Shown one piece after another: positions 28,546 to 37,160 of a DNA stretch of 64,000 nucleotides. The notes beneath the pieces are model-generated. The model saw only the letters and a list, made by a program, of their open reading frames with translations. It searched no databases and was not told the DNA's origin. The stretch lies in NCBI GenBank assembly GCA_963718085.1, contig CAVQYA010000001.1, forward strand, positions 708,811 to 772,810, in the 5' to 3' direction. This DNA is from an uncultured Chloroflexia bacterium. GTDB lineage: Bacteria; Chloroflexota; Limnocylindria; Limnocylindrales; CSP1-4. The position numbers and the translations under genes are program-made. Every line of letters starts with the position of its first letter. Position 1 is the first letter of the stretch.

Positions 28546-31101
28546 GTGCAGCACGCCCGGAAGTCGCGCATCCGGCGTCTCGCCATGCTCGTCGCCGGCG
28601 TCCTCGTCGTGCTGGCCGCCGTCCCGTGGGTCGCCCGGGCGGCGAGCCCGACCCCGGCGACGCCTCCCGGCATGACGATGGAAGCCCGGGCCCTGGTGCA
28701 GGGCCACGCCCGTGCCGGCTCGTGGATGGCGATCCGGGTCGACCTGGCCAACGAGGGCCCGGCGTTCGCGGGCGAGCTGCGCCTCGTCGGCGGCACCCAG
28801 GGTCGAACGCGCTTCGCCGTGCCGGTGGACCTTCCCACGACGTCGCGCAAGGCCTACACGCTCTACGCCCAGGCGCCGGCGTTCGGCAGCTCGCTGGAGA
28901 TCGCCCTCGTGGCCGACGAGACGGTGGTCACCCGCCGGGCCATCGTCTTCGCGCTCCACGATCCCGGCCAGCTCGTGGTCGGCGTGGTCGCGGAGCGGCC
29001 GGGACCTCTCGTGGCCGCGCTGGGGAGGCTGCGCGACCCGGCCGGGCCGCAGCCCGCGGTCGTGCAGCTGACCGTCGCGGACCTGCCGGAGCGCCCCGAA
29101 GCGTGGTCCGCCCTCGATCGCCTCGTCTGGCAGGACGTCGACGCGGGCCGGCTCTCGGTCGAGCAGCTGGCGGCGCTCCGCACGTGGCTCGCCGGCGGCG
29201 GCCGCCTCACGATCGTCGGCGGGAGCGGCGGGCTGGGACTGCTGGCGGGCTTCCCGGACGAGCTGCTTCCCTTCCGGCCCACGGCGACGATCGACGCGGA
29301 TCCCGGGACGATCCGTGGCCTCGTCGGGGGCGTCCTGCCCCGTGGCGCGGAGACGCTGCCCGCCCTCGCCGGATCCCCGGCCACCGGCGCCCGGGCCCTC
29401 GCCGTCAGCGGCGACCGCACGATCGCGGCGGATCGACCATTCGGCAGTGGGGCCGTGACGCTCGCCGGCTTCGACCCGTCGACGCCGTGGCTGGCCGAGA
29501 GCACCTCGGTCGACGTCCTGTGGGCGTCGCTCGTCCCGCCGCGGGGCACGGCGCGCACGCCCCTCATCGTCGGTGACGACTCGCTCCTCGTCTCGCTCCT
29601 CGGCTCGCTGCCGGCGCTGGCGCTCCCGTCGATCGGGGGCCTTCTTCTCCTCCTGTTCGGGTACATCCTCCTCGTCGGCCCCGTGAACTACCTCGTCCTG
29701 CGTCGCCTCGATCGCCGGGAATGGGCGTGGGTCACGATGCCGCTCCTCGTCGTCGGCTTCACGGTGGCCGCTTTCGGCATCGGCTTCGTCCTCCGGGGGA
29801 CCGACGTGATCGTCAACCAGGTGGCGCTCGTGAGAGCCGCCCCGGGAACGGACGCGGCCCAGGCGCAGGTCTACCTCGGGGTCTTCTCGCCGAACCGGGG
29901 CAGCTACGAGGTGGGCGTCCCGGGCGGCGCGCTCCTCTCGGCGCCGTACAGCGGCGAGGGGTTCGACCAGGGCGGCAGCCAGGGCCTGGACGTCGTCCAG
30001 GGCGACCCGGCCCGGCTCCGCCAGCTCGCCGTCGGATACGGGACCCTGCGAGCGGTCCGCGCCGAGGCGCCGGTCCTCGCCCCCCGGATCGAGGCCGACC
30101 TCCGCCTGGAAGGCGATCGAGTCCTCGGGACCATCCGGAACGCGTCCGACCTGCCCCTGGCGAGGCCGGCGGTCGCGCTGGGAACGGCACTCGCCGTGCT
30201 GCCGGACCTCGCACCCGGCGCCACCGCGACGGTCGACCTGCAGGCCCAGCCGGACGCCCTCGGGCGCGCTCTCTCGGAGCGGATCTTCGGCCAGCAGCAG
30301 TTTTCCCCCGACGGGCGCCCTACAGGCGACTTTCTCCGCGACCAGGTCCGGCGCCAGCTGGTCGATGCCCTCACGTACGACCCGTTCTTCGGCTCCAACG
30401 GCACGCTCCCGTCCGACGGGCCGGTCCTCCTCGCCTGGGGCCGGCCGGGGCTCTTCGCGGTGACCGTCGCCGGCCAGGAACCGCGCACGGCAGGCGAGAC
30501 GCTCTACTACCTGCCGCTCGGCCTCACGGCATCGGGGCCCGTGACGTTCGGCCCCGACCTCATGCGGTCGTCCCTGGTCGAGGTCAAGGCGCAGTTCTTC
30601 AACAAGGACCCCTTCAGCCTCACGATCGGCGGCGGGTCCGTGACGCTGGCCTACCGGCCCATCCCGGTCGCGGGCCGTCTCGTCCCGACACGCCTGGCGC
30701 TCGGCGTCAACATGGGGTTCCCGGGGAAGATGATCGATGGCATGCCGAACCCGGGAGGCGGCATGGAGCCGGCGGCCACTCCGCCCAGTGAGCCGGCGGC
30801 CACTCCGGCCCCCTCCGCGGCCTCCGGAGCCTCCGGGACCAGCGCTCCGGCCGGGCCCGTCAATCCCGTGCCCGCGCCGGTCGCCATCGACCCGAACCTG
30901 CCCGGCGTGGAGATCTTCGATCGCGAGGCCGGAGCGTGGCGCGAGGTCCAGGGCCTGGTGTCCGGGAAGGTCCTCGAGATCCGCGAGCCCTGGCGTTTCG
31001 TCGATCCGGCGTCGGGGACGATCCTGGTTCGGCTCACCAACGCTCGCCAGGACGCCGTCAGCCTGCAGCTGGCGGTCCAGCTCGAAGGGACGATGGAGTG
31101 A
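28546..31101 (+). CDS. large secreted/membrane protein, possible GldG-like ABC-transporter auxiliary component; signal peptide, internal TM pair, Pro-rich C-terminus
   Basis: GTG at 28546 preceded by GAGAGGGG. KSRIRRLAMLVAGVLVVLAAVPWVARAAS signal, TM segments near aa 480-540. Stop overlaps the ABC ATPase start. Confidence 0.55.
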   Translation: MQHARKSRIRRLAMLVAGVLVVLAAVPWVARAASPTPATPPGMTMEARALVQGHARAGSWMAIRVDLANEGPAFAGELRLVGGTQGRTRFAVPVDLPTTSRKAYTLYAQAPAFGSSLEIALVADETVVTRRAIVFALHDPGQLVVGVVAERPGPLVAALGRLRDPAGPQPAVVQLTVADLPERPEAWSALDRLVWQDVDAGRLSVEQLAALRTWLAGGGRLTIVGGSGGLGLLAGFPDELLPFRPTATIDADPGTIRGLVGGVLPRGAETLPALAGSPATGARALAVSGDRTIAADRPFGSGAVTLAGFDPSTPWLAESTSVDVLWASLVPPRGTARTPLIVGDDSLLVSLLGSLPALALPSIGGLLLLLFGYILLVGPVNYLVLRRLDRREWAWVTMPLLVVGFTVAAFGIGFVLRGTDVIVNQVALVRAAPGTDAAQAQVYLGVFSPNRGSYEVGVPGGALLSAPYSGEGFDQGGSQGLDVVQGDPARLRQLAVGYGTLRAVRAEAPVLAPRIEADLRLEGDRVLGTIRNASDLPLARPAVALGTALAVLPDLAPGATATVDLQAQPDALGRALSERIFGQQQFSPDGRPTGDFLRDQVRRQLVDALTYDPFFGSNGTLPSDGPVLLAWGRPGLFAVTVAGQEPRTAGETLYYLPLGLTASGPVTFGPDLMRSSLVEVKAQFFNKDPFSLTIGGGSVTLAYRPIPVAGRLVPTRLALGVNMGFPGKMIDGMPNPGGGMEPAATPPSEPAATPAPSAASGASGTSAPAGPVNPVPAPVAIDPNLPGVEIFDREAGAWREVQGLVSGKVLEIREPWRFVDPASGTILVRLTNARQDAVSLQLAVQLEGTME

Positions 31102-32054
31102 CCGCCATCGTGACCGCCCGCGGGCTCGTCAAGCGCTACAACGGCACGGTTGCCCTCGGCGGTCTCGACCTCGAGATCGCGGCCGGGGAGATCTTCGGCC
31201 TCGTCGGGCCGAACGGGGCAGGCAAGACGACGACGCTGCGGATCCTCGCCACGCTCCTCGTCCCGACCGCCGGCGACGCGGAGATCGCGGGGGCCTCCAT
31301 CCGCAGGAACCCGGATGGAGTGCGGCGCGTCGTCGGGTACATGCCGGACAGCTTCGGCGTCTACGACGACATGAAGGTCTGGGAATACCTGGACTTCTTC
31401 GGGCGTTGCCACGGTCTGCCGGCAGACCGCCGGCGGCGGATGATCGGCGACCTCCTGGAGCTCGTGGACCTCGGCCCCAAGCGGGACTCCTACGTGGCAA
31501 CGCTCTCGCGGGGCATGCAGCAACGCCTCTGCCTGGCGCACGCCCTGGTCCACGACCCGGCCGTCCTGGTCCTGGACGAGCCCGCCTCGGGCCTTGACCC
31601 GCGGGCCCGCGTGGAGCTCCGCGAGCTCCTCCGCGAGCTGCGGTCGCTCGGCAAGACGATCCTCATCAGCAGCCACATCCTGCCCGAGCTCGAGGAGCTC
31701 TGCACCAGCCTCGCCATCATCGACCGCGGCCTGCTGCTGGCCCAGGGCAGCCTGGCCGAGATCGAGGCGAGGTTGCGGATCGGCGCCGTCCTGCGGGTGC
31801 GGATCCTGGGTGACGCGGCCGCGGTGACCTTCGCGCGCGATCACCTGGCCGCCGACGCGTCCGTCGCCGTCGCGACCGTGGTGGCCGACGACGTCGTCGA
31901 GATCGGGTACACGGGCGACGACGATTCCGCCGCCCGCCTCCTCGCCGGGGCCGTGGGGGCGGGGATCCGGATCACCTCGTTCGCGAGGGCCGCGAGCGAC
32001 CTCGAGGAGCTCTTCCTGCAGGTGACCGGGAATGCCCGGGCGGAGGTGGCGTGA
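31098..32054 (+). CDS. ABC transporter ATP-binding protein
   Basis: Walker A GPNGAGKTT, signature LSRGMQQRL, Walker B LVLDEPASGLD. GTG start overlapping the upstream stop. Confidence 0.9.
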   Translation: MTAIVTARGLVKRYNGTVALGGLDLEIAAGEIFGLVGPNGAGKTTTLRILATLLVPTAGDAEIAGASIRRNPDGVRRVVGYMPDSFGVYDDMKVWEYLDFFGRCHGLPADRRRRMIGDLLELVDLGPKRDSYVATLSRGMQQRLCLAHALVHDPAVLVLDEPASGLDPRARVELRELLRELRSLGKTILISSHILPELEELCTSLAIIDRGLLLAQGSLAEIEARLRIGAVLRVRILGDAAAVTFARDHLAADASVAVATVVADDVVEIGYTGDDDSAARLLAGAVGAGIRITSFARAASDLEELFLQVTGNARAEVA

Positions 32055-32080
32055 TGCGAGCGCGACTCGCGGTCATCGGG

Positions 32081-32124
32081 ACGGGTATCGCCGCCGTCGG
32101 GCACGGGCATCGCCGCCGTCGGGA
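32081..32124. repeat. 22-bp imperfect tandem duplication (ACGGGTATCGCCGCCGTCGGGC / ACGGGCATCGCCGCCGTCGGGA) in the 5-prime end of the ABC-2 permease gene
   Basis: The peptide GTGIAAVG is encoded twice, 22 nt apart, in two different frames, in the ORF-table translations of 32051.. and 32145... Confidence 0.85.
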
Positions 32125-32144
32125 CCAAGGAGCTCCGGGGTCGG

Positions 32145-33236
32145 ATGCGCGGCCCCCGGTCGTTCGTCGCCCTCACCTTCTACCTCACCCTCCTCGCCGG
32201 GTTCACGGTGATGATCTACCTGCTCCAGGAACAGTCGGCGGCGTCGCAGATGGCGTTCGGCGGCGGCAACCCCTACGTGGCCGGCCAGGTCGGCCAGGCG
32301 GTCTTCACCACCCTCCTCCTCCTCCAGGTCCTGCTCGTGGTCTTCCTCGCTCCCGCGGCGACGACCGGCGCGATAAGCCTGGAGCGCGAGAAGCAGACCC
32401 TCGATCTCCTGACGGCGACCCCGGTCAGCACTCTCGGGATCGTCCTCGGGAAGCTCGCCTCGTCGCTGGCGTTCGTCGTCGTCCTCATCCTCGCCTCGAT
32501 CCCCCTCACCGCCGTCGTCTTCGTGTTCGGCGGCGTGGCCCCGGAGGACATAGTCCGCGGCTACGTGGTGCTCCTCGTGACGGCGGTCGGCTTCGGTTCG
32601 CTCGGGATCTTCTTCTCCAGCATCACCCGGCGAACGCAGTCGGCGACGTTCCTGACCTACCTTGCCGTCCTGGCCCTTACGGTCGGCACCGCCTTCACCT
32701 GGTTCTTCTGGAACCAGATGACCCCCCAGCAGGTCGTGCAGGTCAGTCCGCCCATGGCCCCGGACATGGGCGTCGGCAGCGACGGGGGCGCAGCGCCCAT
32801 CGCCACCGAGCAGCCGCCGGTCGCCAGGCCGCCGGAGGCCCTCCTCTGGCTCAACCCGGTCGTCGCGGCCATCGACGTGGTCTGCGGCATCGACGTGAAC
32901 CCCTATTCCGGGACCTGCCAGATCATCGCGGGCGTCACGGGCAGGCTCCCCGGAAACGTCACGACCCAGCCGGGCTTCGGGCCGGTCCCGGCCAAGCCGG
33001 GCGGCGGCTTCGTCGGGAGCGTGGCCCCGCCCGCCCTCGGAGTGGTCGGCGCCGCCCCGCTCGCCGCCGACGGGGTGTTCGAGGCTGCCTCCACCCGCGA
33101 CTCCTTCTGGCCGCGAACCGCGGCGGCGTGGCTCCTGGCCTCCGTCATCCTCGTCGTGCTGTCGGTCCAGCTGGTCAGCCCGACGCGCCGCTGGCGGCTC
33201 TTCCGCCGACGATCCCGCGGAGAAGTGGTGGCGTGA
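32145..33236 (+). CDS. ABC-2 family transporter permease; native start (GTGATG at 32051, overlapping the ATPase stop) is put out of frame by the 22-bp duplication
   Basis: 6-TM ABC-2 permease. Removing one 22-bp copy gives an in-frame MMRARLAVIGTGIAAVGTKELRGRMRGPRSFVAL N-terminus matching the ABC-2 consensus (KELRxxxRSPRxFV). Confidence 0.8.
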   Translation: MRGPRSFVALTFYLTLLAGFTVMIYLLQEQSAASQMAFGGGNPYVAGQVGQAVFTTLLLLQVLLVVFLAPAATTGAISLEREKQTLDLLTATPVSTLGIVLGKLASSLAFVVVLILASIPLTAVVFVFGGVAPEDIVRGYVVLLVTAVGFGSLGIFFSSITRRTQSATFLTYLAVLALTVGTAFTWFFWNQMTPQQVVQVSPPMAPDMGVGSDGGAAPIATEQPPVARPPEALLWLNPVVAAIDVVCGIDVNPYSGTCQIIAGVTGRLPGNVTTQPGFGPVPAKPGGGFVGSVAPPALGVVGAAPLAADGVFEAASTRDSFWPRTAAAWLLASVILVVLSVQLVSPTRRWRLFRRRSRGEVVA

Positions 33237-33973
33237 AGAGCCAGCTGGCACGAGCTTCGAAGGAGCGCCCTCCCGAGAGGCCGCCGGGTCCGCCGGACCA
33301 TGCTGCCGCCGAAGGCGAGATCCGCGCGATCCGCTCGGGCCTGCGCCGCCAGCGCCGCCGGCTCTGGTTCCGGCGCGCCGTGCGCCGGGCCTGGTGGGCC
33401 CTGGCCGCCGTTCTCGTGGCGGAGGTCGTCCTGCTCGCCGTTGCGCGGCTGGTCCCCCTCGAGGCCGCTCCGGGAATCGCCGTCGCCGTCCCGGCTCTCG
33501 CGCTCCTCGCCCTGCTGGTCGTCGCCGCGCGGGCGCGCCCGTCGCTGGGAGAGACGGCGCTCGCCGTGGACGCGGAGGCCGGCCTGGCGGATCGCCTCGC
33601 AAGCGCGCTCGCCTTCGCCGCCGAGGCGGGTGACGCGGGCGGCATCGACGCGGATGAGGGTGGGCCCGACGCCGCGGCCCGCGCGGGCTTCGTCACCCGG
33701 CAGCGACGCGATGCGCTCGGCGTGCTCGCAATCGTGCCCGCCGACACCTTCCGACCGCGCGTTGCCCGGCGCCCCGCGATGATCGCCGTCCTCGCCGCCG
33801 CGCTCCTCGTCCCTCTCGTCCTGGTCGCCAATCCGATGGACCAGCGGATCGCCCGGGACCGCGCGGTCCGCGAGGAGGCGACCCAGACCGCCGAGCGGAT
33901 CGACCGTCTCGCCGAGCAGCTCGAGCAGCGGGGCCGCAATGCCCAGGATCCGCGAACCCGGCTCGCCGCGTGA
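33233..33973 (+). CDS. hypothetical membrane protein (basic N-terminus, 2-3 TM, C-terminal coiled coil)
   Basis: GTG overlapping the permease stop (GTGA). Same-frame continuation in the ORF table (32051..33973). Confidence 0.5.
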   Translation: MKSQLARASKERPPERPPGPPDHAAAEGEIRAIRSGLRRQRRRLWFRRAVRRAWWALAAVLVAEVVLLAVARLVPLEAAPGIAVAVPALALLALLVVAARARPSLGETALAVDAEAGLADRLASALAFAAEAGDAGGIDADEGGPDAAARAGFVTRQRRDALGVLAIVPADTFRPRVARRPAMIAVLAAALLVPLVLVANPMDQRIARDRAVREEATQTAERIDRLAEQLEQRGRNAQDPRTRLAA

Positions 33974-34409
33974 CCTGCGCGACCTGGCGAAGAGCCTGCG
34001 CGACGACCCGGGGGCGCTTGACAAGAACCTCGCCCGCCTCGGCGGCGTCGAGGCTTCGGTGCGCGAGCAGCTCGACCCTTCGAACGAGGAGCGCGCAGCC
34101 GCGCTCGCGTCGCTCAGCCGCGGGCTCTCGCGCGCAGCCACGGGCGACGCGACGGCCAACCCGGGCGGCAACGCGGAGGAGGCGCAGGCCGACCTGGAAC
34201 GGCTGGCGGACCAGCTCGGCGACAAGACGAGCGACGAGCTGGCCCGACTCGGCCAGTCGCTCGCGGCGCTGCAGGGTGCCGCGTCGCAGGCCGGGTCCGG
34301 CGCCGACGGGGCGCTCCGAGACGCGACGAACGCGCTTGCCCGCGGTGACCGGGCCGCGGCCGCGGACGCGCTGCGCAGGCTCGGAGACTCGTTGAAGGGT
34401 GCCGAGTGA
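33939..34409 (+). CDS. hypothetical acidic coiled-coil protein (156 aa)
   Basis: ATG at 33939, overlaps the previous gene by 35 nt. Stop overlaps the next start (GTGA). Confidence 0.45.
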   Translation: MPRIREPGSPRDLRDLAKSLRDDPGALDKNLARLGGVEASVREQLDPSNEERAAALASLSRGLSRAATGDATANPGGNAEEAQADLERLADQLGDKTSDELARLGQSLAALQGAASQAGSGADGALRDATNALARGDRAAAADALRRLGDSLKGAE

Positions 34410-35128
34410 CCAGGTCGCCACCAACCGCGACCTCGGAGCGGCCGCGTCGCAGGCTCCAGGATGCGCGGCGGCGGCTCGCCGACGCCGGACGCCCCGGAGG
34501 CCAGACGGCCGGCAACCCGGGCCAGCAGGGTCAGCCGGGCAGCTCCGGCAGTCCGGGGCAAGGTCAGGGCCAGCCCGGCAGCTCGGGGAACCCGGGGCAG
34601 GGCCAGGGCCAGCCGGGCGCCTCCGGCAGTCCGGGCCAGGGGCAAGGTCAGGGCCAGGGGCAAGGTCAGGGCCAGGGGCAAGGTCAGGGCCAGGGGCAAG
34701 GTCAGGGCCAGGGGCAAGGTCAGGGCCAGGGGCAAGGGCAGGGCTCCATCGGCGGCGGCGGCTCGAACGCCCGTTACCTGGGGAGCGGCACCGGGTCGGG
34801 GACGGCCCGCGGTCCCGCGAACCCCAACCGGCCGGCCGGCGAGCCCGGCGACCAGAGCTCCGTCTACGCCCCCTTCGATCGCGTCGGCCGCCCGGGCGAC
34901 CCGTCGTACGTGGCCGGGACCGGCGGGGACGGCGGCCAGGTCAAGCCAGGTTCCGGCTCCGGGTCAGGCACGACAAACCCGGCGATCGTCCCCTATTCGG
35001 ACGTCTTCGGCGACTTCTACCGTTACGCCCAGGCAACCCTCGACCGCAGCTACGTGCCGATCGCGGTCAAGGACCTCGTCCGCGACTACTTCAGCGCCCT
35101 CGACCCCACCGGCCAGGAGACGAAGTGA
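34406..35128 (+). CDS. hypothetical protein with long Gly/Gln-rich region including (GQ)16 and conserved-looking C-terminal domain
   Basis: 240 aa. C-terminal IVPYSDVFGDFYRYAQATLDRSYVPIAVKDLVRDYFSALDP is not low-complexity. Stop overlaps the MoxR start. Confidence 0.5.
   Translation: MTRSPPTATSERPRRRLQDARRRLADAGRPGGQTAGNPGQQGQPGSSGSPGQGQGQPGSSGNPGQGQGQPGASGSPGQGQGQGQGQGQGQGQGQGQGQGQGQGQGQGQGQGQGSIGGGGSNARYLGSGTGSGTARGPANPNRPAGEPGDQSSVYAPFDRVGRPGDPSYVAGTGGDGGQVKPGSGSGSGTTNPAIVPYSDVFGDFYRYAQATLDRSYVPIAVKDLVRDYFSALDPTGQETK
34634..34732. repeat. tandem 18-bp nucleotide repeat (GGCCAGGGGCAAGGTCAG)n encoding (GQ)16
   Basis: Read directly from the sequence. Confidence 0.85.
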
Positions 35129-36159
35129 CCGACCAGTCCCCCACCCTTCCCGTCTCGACGGCCGAGGCCGGGCCCGCTCCGATGGATGCCGACCAGTTCG
35201 TCGACCGTGCCCGGGGGATCGAGGCGGAGGTCGGCCGCGTCATCGTCGGCCAGGCCGACCTCGTCCGCCAGACGCTCACCTGCCTCCTCGCCGGCGGCCA
35301 CGCCCTGCTCGAGGGAGTCCCCGGTCTGGGCAAGACCCTGCTCGTCCGCACGATCGCCGACGTCGTCGCCTGCTCGTTCAATCGCATCCAGTTCACGCCG
35401 GACCTCATGCCGGCCGACATCACCGGCACGAACATCCTCGTCGAGGAGGGCGGCAGCCGCGTCTTCCGCTTCCAGCAGGGGCCGATCTTCGCCAACCTCG
35501 TCCTGGCCGACGAGATCAACCGGGCGACGCCGAAGACTCAGTCGGCGCTCCTCGAGGCGATGCAGGAGCACCAGGTGACCGTGGCCCGGACACGCTATCG
35601 CCTCGACGAGCCGTTCTTCGTGCTCGCGACCCAGAACCCCCTCGAGATGGAGGGGACCTACCCGCTCCCCGAGGCCCAGCTCGACCGGTTCCTGTTCAAG
35701 GTCCACGTGCCGTTCCCGACCGAGGACGACATGGCCGTCATCCTGCAGCGCACGACGGGATCGGAGCGGCCCGTCGCCTCGGTGGCGGCCGACGCCGCTG
35801 ACGTGCTGGCGATGCAGCACCTGGCGCGCGCCGTGCCTATCGCGCCGCACGTGACGGCCTATGCCGTGGCCCTCCTCGCCGCGACGCATCCCGACCAGCC
35901 GAGAGCGCCGGAGCTGGTCCGGGAGTACGTCCGCTACGGCGGGTCACCGCGGGGCGCCCAGGCCCTCGTCGCGGGGGCCAAGGTCCGGGCCCTGCTGGAC
36001 GGTCGCTACAACGTCTCGGTGGAGGACCTCCGGGCGGTGGCGATGCCCGCCCTCCGCCACCGGGTGATCCTGAACTTCGAGGGCGAGGCCGAGGGCATCA
36101 CCGCCGACGCCATCGTCCGCACGATCCTCGACAGCGTCGCCCCGCCGGCCGTCGAGTAG
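35125..36159 (+). CDS. MoxR-family AAA+ ATPase
   Basis: Walker A GVPGLGKT, Walker B LADEINRA, sensor/arginine-finger region, YGGSPRGAQAL. GTG at 35125 with GGAGA RBS. Confidence 0.9.
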   Translation: MTDQSPTLPVSTAEAGPAPMDADQFVDRARGIEAEVGRVIVGQADLVRQTLTCLLAGGHALLEGVPGLGKTLLVRTIADVVACSFNRIQFTPDLMPADITGTNILVEEGGSRVFRFQQGPIFANLVLADEINRATPKTQSALLEAMQEHQVTVARTRYRLDEPFFVLATQNPLEMEGTYPLPEAQLDRFLFKVHVPFPTEDDMAVILQRTTGSERPVASVAADAADVLAMQHLARAVPIAPHVTAYAVALLAATHPDQPRAPELVREYVRYGGSPRGAQALVAGAKVRALLDGRYNVSVEDLRAVAMPALRHRVILNFEGEAEGITADAIVRTILDSVAPPAVE

Positions 36160-36181
36160 GCCGGCCGGCCGACCACGCGAC

Positions 36182-37147
36182 ATGGAGCGCCCCACCTCCG
36201 AGGCCGGCAGCGCTGCCGGGACGGCCCGCCGGCCGGACGGCCATCCAGCGTTCCTGCCGTCCGACGTCGATTCGACCGTCTTCGACGAGGACTTCCTGCG
36301 CCGCCTCGAGCGCCTTGCGGTCCTGGTCAGGCGGCCGGTCCGGGGCGGGCTGAAGGGCGGCCGGCGCAGCGTCAAGCGCGGCCAATCGGTGGAGTTCGCC
36401 GACTACCGCGACTACACGCTCGGCGACGACCTGCGCCAGCTCGACTGGAACGTCTACGCCCGCCTCGAGAAGCTCCTCGTCAAGCTCTTCATCGAGGAGG
36501 AGGACCTGACGGTCACCCTGCTCGTCGACGGCTCCGCGTCGATGGCCCACGGGTCGCCGGACAAGCTCGTCTTCGCCAAGCGCGCGGCCGCAGCCCTCGG
36601 GTACATCGCGCTCGCAGCCGAGGACCGGGTGGTCCTGGCGTCGCTGGCCGGCCGGGCGGGGCGCCGCCGGGCAGCGCTGCGGGGCTCCGGGCGGGCCTTC
36701 CGACTCCTCGCCGAGCTCTCCGCGATCCATCCCGCCGACGGCGTGACCGACCTCGTGGCGGCCTGCCGGCACGCCCTGGCCCAGGTGACGGGCCGGGGCG
36801 TCATCGTCCTCGTCTCCGACCTCCTCGACCCGGGGGCGGAGCGCGCCCTCCGCGATCTCGCGGCGACGGGATCCGAGGTGATCGTCCTCCACGTCCTCGC
36901 CCCGGACGAGCTGGGCCCTGCCCTCGACGGCGACCTCCGGCTCGTGGACGCCGAGACCGGGTCCACCGTGGACGTGACGCTGGACCTGGCGGCCCGGGAG
37001 CGCTACTCCGCCCGGATGGAGGCCTGGCGGACGGAGCTCGCGACGCTCGCCGCGAAGCGCCGGATCGCCTACGTGCCCCTGGCCTCCGACGTGCCGCTCG
37101 CCGACCTCGTCTTCGCCGAGCTCCGGCGCCGCCGGGTCGTCGGGTAG
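36182..37147 (+). CDS. DUF58 domain protein (VWA-like partner of MoxR)
   Basis: RRSVKRGQSVEFADYRDYTLGDDLRQLDWNVYAR is the DUF58 signature (xxYxxGDDxRxIDW). Confidence 0.85.
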   Translation: MERPTSEAGSAAGTARRPDGHPAFLPSDVDSTVFDEDFLRRLERLAVLVRRPVRGGLKGGRRSVKRGQSVEFADYRDYTLGDDLRQLDWNVYARLEKLLVKLFIEEEDLTVTLLVDGSASMAHGSPDKLVFAKRAAAALGYIALAAEDRVVLASLAGRAGRRRAALRGSGRAFRLLAELSAIHPADGVTDLVAACRHALAQVTGRGVIVLVSDLLDPGAERALRDLAATGSEVIVLHVLAPDELGPALDGDLRLVDAETGSTVDVTLDLAARERYSARMEAWRTELATLAAKRRIAYVPLASDVPLADLVFAELRRRRVVG

Positions 37148-37160
37148 CGGGGCCGCGTCG

